DNA of 64,000 nt, taken from contig NIVC01000126.1 in NCBI GenBank assembly GCA_002269645.1, positions 434,001-498,000 of the forward strand. The letters run 5' to 3'. The position numbers and the translations under genes were made by a program. The notes beneath the pieces are model-generated. The model did not search any database, was not told the DNA's origin, and worked only from the letters and a program-made list of their open reading frames with translations. The DNA is from Macrostomum lignano (lineage: Eukaryota). The first letter of the stretch is position 1, and every line of letters begins with the position of its first letter. Shown here piece by piece: positions 13,001 through 25,302 of the stretch.

Positions 13001-16000
13001 AAACAACAGCTCACAAACTGCTGTATCGGCCATAAATCGATCAATCATTCGATCGTATCGATCAACGTCTGATCTGTGCTGAAGGAACTGTTGCTGATGT
13101 TCAACAGACTGCTGCTGCTGTTGCTGCTGCTGATTAAAAATGTCTCCGGCTCTTGGCTGTGCACCTGACCGTTCAACTAACAGTCTGTATGGATTGTCTG
13201 ACGAAAATCCACCTGATTGCGGGTGCACGGGTTCGCAAAAATGCCATTTTTATCAAGCGAGGGATTGTTTTCATGTGTCACAATTGTTTTCATGTGTCAC
13301 AATTGTTTTCATGTGTCACAATTGTTTTCATGTGTCACAATTGTTTTCATGTGTCACAATTGTTGTCATGTGTCACAATTGTTGTCATGTGTCACAATTG
13401 TTGTCATGTGTCACAATTGTTTTCATGTGTCACAATTGTTTTCATGTGTCACAATTGTTGTCATGTGTCACAATTGTTTTCATGTGTCACAATTGTTGTC
13501 ATGTGTCACAATTGTTGTCATGTGTCACAATTGTTGTCATGTGTCACAATTGTTTTCATGTGTCACAATTGTTGTCATGTGTCACAATTGTTGTCATGTG
13601 TCACAATTGTTTTCATGTGTCACAATTGTTGTCATGTGTCACAATTGTTGTCATGTGTTATTATTGTTGTCGTGTGTCATAATTATCATGTTTTACAATT
13701 GTTGTCATGTGTCACAATTGTTGTCATGTGTCACAATTGTTGTCATGTGTCACAATTGTTGTCATGTGTCAATATTGTTGTCGTGTGTCATAATTATCAT
13801 GTTTTACAATTGTTGTCATGTGTCAATATTGTTGTCGTGTGTCATAATTATCATGTTTTACAATTGTTGTCATGTGTCAATATTGTTGTCGTGTGTCATA
13901 ATTATCATGTTTTACAATTGTTGTCATGTGTCAATATTGTTGTCGTGTGTCATAATTATCATGTTTTACAATTGTTGTCATGTGTCAATATTGTTGTCGT
14001 GTGTCATAATTATCATGTTTTACAATTGTTGTCATGTGTCAATATTGTTGTCGTGTGTCATAATTATCATGTTTTACAATTGTTGTCATGTGTCAATATT
14101 GTTGTCGTGTGTCATAATTATCATGTTTTACAATTGTTGTCATGTGTCAATATTGTTGTCGTGTGTCATAATTATCATGTGTCACAATTGTTGTCATGTG
14201 TCAATATTGTTGTCGTGTGTCATAATTATCATGTGTCACAATTGTTGTCATGTGTCAATATTGTTGTCGTGTGTCATAATTATCATGTGTCACAATTGTT
14301 GTCATGTGTCAATATTGTTGTCGTGTGTCATAATTATCATGTTTTACAATTGTTGTCATGTGTCAATATTGTTGTCGTGTGTCATAATTATCATGTTTTA
14401 CAATTGTTGTCATGTGTCAATATTGTTGTCGTGTGTCATAATTATCATGTTTTACAATTGTTGTCATGTGTCAATATTGTTGTCGTGTGTCATAATTATC
14501 ATGTTTTACAATTGTTGTCATGTGTCAATATTGTTGTCGTGTGTCATAATTATCATGTGTCACAATTGTTGTCATGTGTCAATATTGTTGTCGTGTGTCA
14601 TAATTATCATGTTTTACAATTGTTGTCATGTGTCAATATTGTTGTCGTGTGTCATAATTATCATGTTTTACAATTGTTGTCATGTGTCAATATTGTTGTC
14701 GTGTGTCATAATTATCATGTTTTACAATTGTTGTCATGTGTCAATATTGTTGTCGTGTGTCATAATTATCATGTTTTACAATTGTTGTCATGTGTCAATA
14801 TTGTTGTCGTGTGTCATAATTATCATGTTTTACAATTGTTGTCATGTGTCAATATTGTTGTCGTGTGTCATAATTATCATGTTTTACAATTGTTGTCATG
14901 TGTCAATATTGTTGTCGTGTGTCATAATTATCATGTTTTACAATTGTTGTCATGTGTCAATATTGTTGTCGTGTGTCATAATTATCATGTTTTACAATTG
15001 TTGTCATGTGTCAATATTGTTGTCGTGTGTCATAATTATCATGTTTTACAATTGTTGTCATGTGTCAATATTGTTGTCGTGTGTCATAATTATCATGTTT
15101 TACAATTGTTGTCATGTGTCAATATTGTTGTCGTGTGTCATAATTATCATGTTTTACAATTGTTGTCATGTGTCAATATTGTTGTCGTGTGTCATAATTA
15201 TCATGTGTCACAATTGTTGTCATGTGTCAATATTGTAGTCGTGTGTCATAATTATCATGTGTCGCAATTGTTGTCATGTGTCAATATTGTTGTCGTGTGT
15301 CAATATTGTTGTCATGTGTCACAATAGTTGCTTTATCATGCGTCTCGAATGTTGTCATGTGTATCACAATGTTAGATTGTTAGCTTCATGCACATGTACA
15401 AAAATTAGGCAAGCTCAGTATGTGTTAAATCCATCTAATACCTTGCTAGGTTTAATGAATGTCAAAAAAGTAAAAAGCTTGAATTTTGCTCAAAACCCTA
15501 CTTATAGTAGACAGAAAAGAATATTGAAGCAATATGCATATTATAAAACCCAAAAACTAGAATTTACCGGCAAGTCCGTAGGGATCGGCTGCAAAGAACG
15601 GACTTCCGGTCTCCAATAGGCGTCGATTCTCTCGTTCCAACTGGTAGTTCCGGTCGCGAAGCACGTCTAACTCGGCTCGGAGACTGTCAAGTTCGGCTCG
15701 GATAAATTCCATGTCCGGCTGCTCTCGTTGCTGACGCAGTCGGTTTAACTTGAATAGAAGATTTCAAATTAGTAGTTTATTTATTTGCTATAATTATAAC
15801 TGTAATTATAGGAAACCAACAAATCATTTAGTGTAAATCCTAAAGCAAACTTTTTTGAGTAGACGGCGAGAGTAACTATACCTTGTGAAAAACAGTTAAA
15901 TGCTTCGTCATCTAATTAGTTTCAAAATATTATTTAAAGGGCTTATACTCGTACTTTTAGATCATTTGAAAGGGCGATTCTTTGTTAACGCACCTCATTT

Positions 16001-18327
16001 TTCAAGGCTTCGTTTTCAACCGTGGCCTGGTCCAGTCTGGCGCGCAGTCGGTTCTCGGCCACGGTTGGCGCCACTCTGGCGCCGCCACTGGCGCCGCTGT
16101 CAACTGGAGAGGAGGCCAACTTGAGAGTCTCGTTGGCTTCTTGCAGATCCAAGATTTGCTGCTCCAAGTCCACTGGACACAAAAATTGAGGTGAGTGAAT
16201 CTTATCATAGGATCGATTGTAAGCTAATATGTATAACCAGAATCGATTGTGGGCTAATCTGTATGACCAGAATCGGTTGTAGGCTAATCTGTATGACCAG
16301 AATCGATTGCAGCCAATGCTAGACAGTTCACACAATGAAACTAAAACTCATAGTGACACAAGTTGCTCATAAGCGAATAATAGCTAATAATTCATGTACA
16401 ATAATTAATAAATAAATACTGCAACATCTTTACTTACCAATACGTCTCTTCAAAGCAGACGGACTCTCAGGATCATACTCTGGCAGTGTAGCGTACTGCT
16501 GCTGCTGCTGCCGCTCCAGGGCTCTTCCAGAGGGAAATTGTCCTCCTACAGGCCTCTGTTGCTGCTGCTGCTGACGAAGCTGGTTTAGCTCCGTTGCCAT
16601 GGTTTCTTTTTCAAGCAGCAGTCGGTCTAACAGGCGTTGAGAGTCTTCACTGCTGAGGCGCGGACCCTGGCTCTGTGAGACATTGTGTTGTAAGAATAAG
16701 AGTAGGGATTTGAAATGCCTGCACTGGGAATTGCATCTCTAATCCTATATTTGGGGATGAGGGTCAGGAAACTGGGAATTGCATCTCTAATCCCATATTT
16801 GGGGATCAGGATTAAGACACTGGGAATTGCATCTCTAATCCCATATTTGGGGATCAGGATTAAGACACAGGGAATTGCATCTCTAATCCCATATTTGGGG
16901 ATCAGGATTAAGACACTGGGAATTGCATCTCTAATCCCATATTTGGGGATCAGGATTAAGACACAGGGAATTGCATCTCTAATCCCATATTTGGGGATCA
17001 GGATTAAGACACTGGGAATTGCATCTCTAATCCCATATTTGGGGATCAGGATTAAGACACTGGGAATTGCATCTCTAATCCCATATTTGGGGATCAGGAT
17101 TAAGACACAGGGAATTGCATCTCTAATCCCATATTTGGGGATCAGGATTAAGACACTGGGAATTGCATCTCTAATCCCATATTTGGGGATCAGGATTAAG
17201 ACACTGGGAATTGCATCTCTAATCCCATATTTGGGGATCAGGATTAAGACACTGGAAATTGCACCTCTAATCCCATATTTGGGGATCAGGATTAAGACAC
17301 TGGGAATTGCACCTCTAATCCCATATTTGGGGATCAGGATTAAGACACTGGGAATTGCATCTCTAATCCCATATTTGGGGATCAGGATTAAGACACTGGG
17401 AATTGCATCTCTAATCCCATATTTGGGGATCAGGATTAAGACACTGGAAATTGCACCTCTAATCCCATATTTGGGGATCAGGATTAAGACACTGGGAATT
17501 GCATCTCTAATCCCATATTTGGGGATCAGGATTAAGACACTGGGAATTGCATCTCTAATCCTATATTTGGGGATCAGGTTTAAGACACTGGGAATTGCAT
17601 CTCTAATCCTATATTTGGGGATCAGGATTAAGACACTGGGAATTGCATCTCTAATCCTATATTTGGGGATCAGGATTAAGACACTGGGAATTGCATCTCT
17701 AATCACATATTTGGGGATCAGGATTTAGACACTGGGAATTGCATCTCTAATCCCATATTTGGGGATCAGGATTTAGACACTAGGAATTGCATCTCTAATC
17801 CCATATTTGGGGATCAGGATTCAGACACTGGGAATTGCATCTCTAATCCCATATTTGGGGATCAGGATTCAGACACTGGGAATTGCATCTCTAATCCCAT
17901 ATTTGGGGATCAGGATTCAGACACTGGGAATTGCATCTCTAATCCCATATTTGGGGATCAGGATTCAGACACCGGGAATTGCATCTCTAATCCCATATTT
18001 GGGGATTGGGGTTAAGACACTGGGAATTGCATCTCTGATCCCATATTTAGGTATAATGAATAAGGATTAAAGTAAGTCGCTGAGATCCGAATCAAATCTA
18101 CTCACCTGAGCAGTTGCAACAGTCGCGGCAGAATCTCTTCCACTAGAAGCAAATTGCCGATCGCTTTCAACAATTTTAACAACTGTCTGTCGCTTTTGCT
18201 CACTTCTGGGAGTTAAAGCTGTAGCAGGCTGATCCTCTGTGCTGCTCAGAACTGGTGCAGCTCTGGCATCTCGATAATCCTCAGATTTGCTCACTACGGT
18301 GGCTTCGTCGGCAGATTTGGACTTTTG
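7017..18327 (-). CDS. Coiled-coil protein with C-terminal CAP-Gly domain (exons 18327-18106, 16672-16438, 16172-15994, 15748-15568, 13212-13015, 11099-10593, 8152-7810, 7080-7017); 5' end unresolved
   Basis: All seven introns are GT-AG with matching phases (0,1,0,1,1,1,2). The CAP-Gly domain reads GDLVKF..SKGLVHFVGRLPGRTDYYVGIELDQEEGKHDGVYDGRRYFQC/KPRKGVFVAFNKL. Coiled-coil segments include IVDLEQQILDLQEAN and FIRAELDSLRAELDVLRDRNYQLEREN. The 18327 acceptor is the least certain. Confidence 0.88.
7130..7760. repeat. Minisatellite, ~35-bp unit (taacaggtaattggcggctcattaaactacctaga), intronic
   Basis: Diverged tandem units within intron 7081-7809. Confidence 0.93.
8215..10565. repeat. Minisatellite, 22-bp unit (aaacctcaggatcaatcatccc), intronic
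   Basis: About 105 units within intron 8153-10592; source of the 8135-10280 ORFs. Confidence 0.97.
11130..12110. repeat. G-rich minisatellite, ~16-19 bp unit (ggggcgattctctt/c), intronic
   Basis: Tandem units ending just before the minus-strand acceptor at 11100. Confidence 0.95.
12415..12885. repeat. Minisatellite, 9-bp-based unit (ccagggact/ccagggata), intronic
   Basis: Second, unrelated array in intron 11100-13014. Confidence 0.93.
13265..15330. repeat. Minisatellite, 19-bp monomer (catgtgtcacaattgtttt) switching to a 54-bp higher-order repeat, intronic
   Basis: Period 19 up to ~13660, then period 54 (19+16+19) from ~13750 to 15240. Confidence 0.97.
16720..18055. repeat. Minisatellite, 48-bp unit (actgggaattgcatctctaatcccatatttggggatcaggattaagac), intronic
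   Basis: About 28 near-identical units within intron 16673-18105. Confidence 0.97.
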
Positions 18328-18482
18328 CTACAATTAATTTTGAGCTTGAGTTGCACATGCCTGACGATTGGAAAGAGTCGGCGGTATGGGCAGAACTGTC
18401 GTCAGCGCGCAGCCCAGGCCCAGACAAACAGGGTTTGAGGAGACAAAAGAGGACGGATAGACTGAATTTTTAGACTATGCAC

Positions 18483-19917
18483 CTCGCTTGCTGCTGTAGG
18501 CAACGCAAATTGGAACAATTTTTGGTAATGCGTTCCTCAAACAGCAACACCTACAGACATTGCATGAGTCATCTCTCTTGTCAGCCAGAATTTAACGACT
18601 GGGCATGGTGTGTAAGAAATGTTAACGCAGTATATACTCGTAATTCTCCCTCAGCCCTAACCCTAACGGAGATATGAAGTGTTGGGAGATATGAAGAGTC
18701 GGAGATATGAATTGTCGGAAATATGAGGCGTCGAAGATATGAAGTGTGTGTCGGAGATTTGAAGTGTGTGTCGGAGATATGAAGTGTCGGAGATATGAAG
18801 TGTGTGTCGGAGATATGAAGTGTGTGTCGGAGATATGAAGTGTGTGTCGGAGATATGAAGTGTCGGAGATATGAAGTGTCGGAGATATGAAGTGTGTGTC
18901 GGAGATATGAAGTGTGTGTCGGAGATATGAAGTGTGTGTCGGAGATATGAAGTGTGTGTCGGAGATATGAAGTGTCGGAGATATGAAGTGTGTGTCGGAG
19001 ATATGAAGTCTGTGTCGGAGATATGAAGTGTGTGTCGGAGATATGAAGTGTCGGAGATATGAAGTGTGTGTCGGAGATATGAAGTGTGTGTCGGAGATAT
19101 GAAGTGTGTGTCGGAGATATGAAGCGTGGGAGATATGAAGTGTCGGAGATATGAAGTGTCGGAGATATGAAGTGTCGGAGATATGAAGTGTGTGTCGGAG
19201 ATATGAAGCGTGGGAGATATGAAGGAGACATGAAGTGTCAGAGGCGTCAACTCACAAATCAAAGCGACAGTCATGCATCCGCAGGCTCTGCTTTTCCATT
19301 GTACAGTCTGTGCGCCGAGGGGATTGGAGATGGGGCAAATGAAATGACTGAAGCACTGAAGGCCAGACTCACCCCGCCGGAGCTACTGCTGTAATAGTGC
19401 ATCGGCGGAGGCGTTTGAAGCCGCTGATGTCGGGCCACGGTCTGCGAAGCGGCTGCCAGAGCCTGCTGGTGCTCTTTTGTGGTTGAATCGTCAGTTCCGA
19501 CAACGACCGTGGCTCGATCGGCGCTGTAGGACCGCCGGCCGCGGATCTGCCTGTCCCGCTCGATGTCGGCATCGAGGTCGCGCAGCAGCTGCTCAGCCCG
19601 CGACTGACGAGGACGAGCTGGCGCTGTTGGCGGGGTTTCGACGACGATGTCGAGGTTGCTGACGCTGCTGCTGCTGATAAAGCTGACTGAGGAGCAGCAG
19701 CTGGGGGCGGCTTTGATGTCGCGGTATCACTGGCACTGGCACTGGCACTGGCACTGGCACTGGCAATTCCAGTGGTGGTTCCGCTAGTAACACCAGACGA
19801 ATTAGTCAGGATATGATCGGGGATTTTCACTCTGAAGCCAGGCCTGGCCTGAGCATCGTTGCCAGCCTCTGCGGCGCCAATAGATGAGTCAATCTGACCC
19901 CTGGGGCTTTTGCTCAT
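18483..19917 (-). other. Probable 5' exons of the CAP-Gly gene (19917-19373, 19307-19256, 18649-18483), frame-disrupted, including a C1-like remnant
   Basis: GTGAGT donors at 19372 and 19255, ATG at 19917 and protein-like segments in several frames. I found no clean open path from that ATG into exon 18327. Confidence 0.5.
18670..19240. repeat. Minisatellite, 16/20-bp unit (cggagatatgaagtgt[gtgt])
   Basis: Direct tandem units lying between putative splice sites at 18650 and 19255. Confidence 0.96.
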
Positions 19918-22900
19918 ACTTGAGATACTAGAAGTAGCTCTGTCTCTTTGACTTCAAAGTTTGTAATTGTTATAATTTTTGGGGCAGCACAAATGTAAGT
20001 TCTGAAAGGGTTTATTGATATAAGTAGCCTGTAATGTACATCATAACAGTAATAAAAAGCAAAAAAATAATTGTCAACATACACACATAGCCTAATGTTT
20101 AGCTTGGAGTTAAAAAATCCATTTTATATCCATTCTCTGCTATTTTTAAGTATGGTTAAAATGCAGCTAGATTTTAAATATAGAAATGCATGTAGAAATG
20201 AGCAAAATATGCTAAATGAAATAAAATAAGATATATTTAAGAAATAAATAAACACATTGATATTTTTAAAAATCATAAAGTTAAACTTGCCAGATGGGAC
20301 CTTTAAAAACTCCTAGTTAAACTCGTAAACAATGCTGTACAGTACAAGCATAGTGTTCAAGTGTAAGTGTTGTAGTGTTTAGCTGATAGCATATAGGCTG
20401 TTGTACAAAAAAAGCTGAAAATGTAATACCTTTTTTAAACATATCGCCTTTTAAAACAGCTTAGATTAAAAAACAATTCCTGATTCAAAGCAAAAAATAT
20501 AGAAAAAACAATCATTAAAAATTTTAAAATTTTAAAAATTTTTAAGTGAAATTTTAATTTAAAATTTACATTTTTAAAAATGGTAATGACACAATGACAG
20601 TCACTGAATCAGAATTACCAAAAAACCTAAAAAATAGAGTTTCAATGCTTAGACATACACATGGAACTTACACTTAAAAATGGAGGCTGAACTCCCTGGC
20701 TTACTTACATCAATTTACTATAGGCTTAATAAAAAGCAAAACCGAATCCTGACGAATAGATAACTTTCAGAATGATCAGGACATATAACAATTAAAATAG
20801 GTCAACACTCTTATTAGACCCTACAAAGACATCCTTATACTGACTTAAAAAGAATAAATACTCACAATTTTAAGTTACATTAGTAATATCTTTTAAAACT
20901 TTAATGTAAAGTACTAACATTTGTTTTAACTGAAAGCGTTTAGAACAAAGTGTGAAATATTTTTTGACTTGTAGAAAATCGTTGGATTTCGAAAAAACTT
21001 TTCGCCGTAATTTCTGAACTGGAATATTTTATTCATTTTGTGCCTAGTTTCAGTTTCAGATTTCTTGCAATTTTGCGCTATAATCACATAATTAAATTTC
21101 CATTTTATTGATTTCTACAGACTATGTATAAACCATAATCCTTATGTTATGTGGTTTGAGTGTGAACTGTGAACAGTAAAATTTTCAATTTTTGCGAAGC
21201 CCTTGTTTCACTTCCTTAGGCTAGGCCTACGATATAGGGAATATAGGCATTGCCTATAGTTTAGACTAGGCCTAGGCTTTAAGTAAACCTAGTATGGCCA
21301 GTTTCTTTTAAACTCTAGTCTATGTGTTTTATTGAATCTGTGTAGGCCTGGCTTACTGGCTAGGCTAGGCTCTACATAGGTAGGCACTTCAGTGAGAAAA
21401 TTAAATTTCAGAAATTGTTATAGGCTGCTATTTCACTAGATAGATCTTACTTTCCCATTTCCAAAATGGCCAAACTTTAGTGATTTGGTTGAGTAATAAG
21501 GAAACTACAGCTATTTTAGTAACCCCGATTTGTGCCTTTAGCCAATGGAATTTTTACATTACGGTTTGTGATCATTTTTGGCCAAAAAGTTGGCTTTTTG
21601 TCTTTGAACACTTGTAATTAATTTTCTAGCCAACCAAAATGACTGTGCTTGGTGTCATTTTGTTCAGTTTTTTAGTGTTAATTGTATGAATTATATATTT
21701 TAATATTATTTTATATGCCCAAGTTGCTAAGCTAATTGAAACAGGATGGGTGTATGAAATTTTGACTATTTTAACCAGATACGCAATGATTGCAATTTTA
21801 AAAATACAATAGCATCTGTTCTGCTTGCTTAATTTATACAAGGCTAGTGTCATTTTGTTCAGGTTTTTACCTACTATAATACTATTCTACTTCTTGCCCT
21901 AAATTTTTAATGCATGACAGACACCCCAACTGCAATGTAATGTGCTGTACAGGCTTTGCGCATGGGTTTATTAAAAAACAGTTTTGCCTATCGTGTTCAG
22001 CATAGCAGAATTAGTTAAATGACACAGAGAACTAGTTTGCCGGAAGGCAGAGTCTCACAAAAAACACGAAATACACGTTTCAATGGGTATTTTACATGTA
22101 AACGTATCAAAAAAAGAAACCTCCACAAAATTTTTGCGCCTATAGCTATTGGCAAGCGGTTTTTTTTACTGTGCTTGTATTGTCAATAGGTAATGAAAAA
22201 TATAAAGAGAAACAATGCAGGAAAAGGATTTCATGGAAAATTTTGGATTTGAAATTTTGCATAGAGCCATATGGGCATTAAAAGAAAAAAAAATTTTTTT
22301 TAACACCAGAAAAATGTTTCTAAATTATCCCTTTACACTATAAAACCTTTGTTTCCATTATAAGAAACACATTGCAGCTAAGAAAAAGCATTTTCTGAAC
22401 CACTGTTTTTTTATTCATTTTGGCTTCAATTTTATATTCCTCCTAAAAAATGGTCAACTTTAAAAATAGACAGTGCAAAAAGTATAACAAAGCTAGACTT
22501 GCAGTTGGTGTCATTTGAAAGAGCTCCTTTTTACCTTTTAAATGCATATTTTACTTTCATCCTAGCTTCTATAGTTTCTTTAAAATCGCCCTTGAAAAAT
22601 TGGACTTTTTTCTTACTTTTTTGCCATTGGCACGCACTTCTTATAACTCACTGAAGTCCCTAACATAGGCCCCTAAAGTATTAGATATGAAAGTATGATG
22701 TAAATCTTTTATGATGTTTCAATTCTTCTTTAGAGTTAAGACCCTAATAAAGGCCTATAGCCATAGGATATCCTGTAGAAATTCAGAATTGTTTGTTAAA
22801 GTATTTTCTCATTGTTTAAGTAATTTGGCCTATTAGGCCCTAATATTTGAAAAATCCAAAAATGCTTATCATTAGGCCTAAATAGGGCTATGCATTTGCC

Positions 22901-23808
22901 ATTAGACCAGGATGGAATTCTTGTATTTCTTAAGTCAAATGGAATTATGCAATTTTTTTATGGCGCTCAAAATATTTTTTATTGGTTTCATTTTTTATTT
23001 TGGTACTTAGCACGTCGCAAAATAACAAAATAACAAAAGACAATAACAAAAAATGCATTCTAAGAAAATGTAGTGATTTGAATTTTTGTCCAGATACGTA
23101 TGTTAGAGAATGTTACAAGTTTCTATTTTTTATAGAATTTTTTCGAATTTTTACTTTTGTGCCTTATTTAGTTGTTACTTTTTATTCTTTTTTCTTCGTG
23201 ATCTTAGCTAGTAGGATTATCTTTTTCAAAATCCAATATCTCAAGTGCACTTTTGCATATATTAAGAATTAGCAATTTTGTCTGAAATTCTGCGATACAT
23301 TTTTTCCAGATTTTTTGACGCAAAATCGCATTTTTTTCTCGCAATTGCATAACGCGTTATGATTTTTCTGCAAGAATTCTATCCAGGCCATTAGACCCAA
23401 AGCAGAAAAACATTGAAACTTGTTTTTAGGTGTGCAGTCATTTTGTCTGCCGCCTTTTTGCCTGCTAGCAAACAAAACTTCTTAAAAAGAAAAAGTAATA
23501 ATATAGCTAGGCCTACATAACTTGTTAAGTTTTTTTTTAAATGAAATACAGACACTATGAGTCCTGTAGAGTTTTTGTGAGATGTCTTTTTGTACATGTA
23601 ATTTTGTTTATTGCAACATTTCAAAGATATTATATTTAATTTAAACATCCATTAAAAAATTTTGTGATAGTCTGGTAAATCAGAAGGCAAAATAGTTTGT
23701 AGTTGAATACAATTATGACCTAACTAGCTGATTGTTGCAAACATTATTATTATCCTTGGCCCTACTCCTATCTAATGATGATAATGCATTTGCTGTCTTG
23801 TTGCAAAG

Positions 23809-24189
23809 CCCTATTGGAATAAGTTGACAAAACAGGGACAACATCTATCGCATTTTCAGATTCTCTTGGTGTCGCATTGTGCAATAGTATGTCAAATGGT
23901 ATATTGCGTCGCGTGACAATGGAAACCTGATGTGGTCATGCGTTCGATGCATCGTCATGCCCCATGGTTTCGGTGTCGGGAGTGAATGGCAGAATAGGAA
24001 TTGTCAATTGCAATGTAGCTGCTATGGTATCCTCCCTCCCCCCACTCATTTGGTTAATGGACATTGGTGTTGTGTCGCGTGTTGCCGCCCTTTAGTCAAC
24101 AAAATTTGGTGTCGCGTTGCGCTTTTGAGGGCATAATTTTGGCACCCGTGTCATGCGTTTGCGGGTTTTTGAAACTTATTCTAATAGGG
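23809..24189. mobile_element. Non-autonomous DNA transposon (MITE), 381 bp, imperfect ~25-bp TIRs, 8-bp TSD
   Basis: Left end ccctattggaataagttgacaaaac, right end gtttttgaaacttattctaataggg. Flanked by ttgcaaag at 23801-23808 and 24190-24197. A single-copy empty site lies at 24912-24919 in a paralogous segment. Confidence 0.88.
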
Positions 24190-25062
24190 TTGCAAAGTTC
24201 ATTCATAATAAACAAAAAGTTAGTAGGCTTATAGTCAAATCAACATTTGGTTAGGTCTTTTAGGTAATAATATTTTGAGATACATTTGTACTTTTGAAAA
24301 AATGATTTCATTATCTTTTTTAAGTATTTTTAAGATATACAGTATAGTCTATATATTTCTTTTTAATATTATATATACATGAATATTGATGTCATATTTA
24401 ATATATTTTGTTGGTAGACACAGCAATTGTATCATATTTTTGCAGACAAAAAAGTAGCAAACTAGCAGCAGACAACAACCGTCAACCTGTTTTTCTAACT
24501 AAGCAACATGTGATTGACTAAAGCATTTTATATTGTATATGTACTAGGCCAATTTATTCAACTGCTTCTTTTTAATTTACATAGGCCCTAGTTACCTAAT
24601 ATAAATATAAGCATAAAAAGTGACTTTTTAAAAGAAAAAATAAAATCATTATTAAACTTATAGTTATAGGGCTAATTTTCTATAATAAGATATTTTTTGT
24701 ATATGTAATTTCATTTATCATAGTATTTTAAAGAAACAAAATTTGAGCATCCATTAAAATTTTAGACAAATTCAATGAGACTAGAGAGAATTGATATAAT
24801 ATATATTAAAGGCTAAATTCATAGTTCTTAAGTTGAATAAAATTGACTTATTATTATTAGCATTAATATAAACCATAGTCCCATCTAATGATAAATGTAT
24901 TGATCTCCTTGTTGCAAAGTTTATTCATTATAAACCAAAAAGTTAAACTATAATATAGCTATATAATTTTGAAAACTTTACATTTGGGTTGTTTGGGAAA
25001 TGTTCTTTCTTTAGAGTTACTCATACTTCTAATAAAATAAGTTTACTATCTTTATTATTTTA

Positions 25063-25302
25063 AGTTTCTGTAATTTTAAGATATACAGAATCCAGATAAT
25101 TCCTTTTAATATTATTATGAACATTAATACTGATATTATATTCAATATATTTTTCAGCAGACCAAATGACTGCATTATTTTAAGATTCTGTAATTTTAAG
25201 ATATACAGAATCCAGATAATTCCTTTTAATATTATTATGAACATTAATACTGATATTATATTCAATATATTTTTCAGCAGACCAAATGACTGCATTATAT
25301 TT
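25063..25302. repeat. Near-exact tandem duplication of 120 bp
   Basis: The 60-base lines starting at 25081 and 25201 are identical. Confidence 0.9.

Noticed and set aside
13153-15327. 724-aa and 673-aa Cys/His-rich ORFs
   Set aside because: These are stop-free frames of the 19/54-bp array, not metallothionein or zinc-finger genes.
16627-17728. 16-aa repeat ORFs on both strands
   Set aside because: They arise from a 48-bp unit (a multiple of 3) in an intron.
22040-23590. Possible large inverted-repeat element (tctcacaaaaa / tttttgtgaga)
   Set aside because: The match is only about 11-13 bp in AT-rich DNA and no TSD was found.
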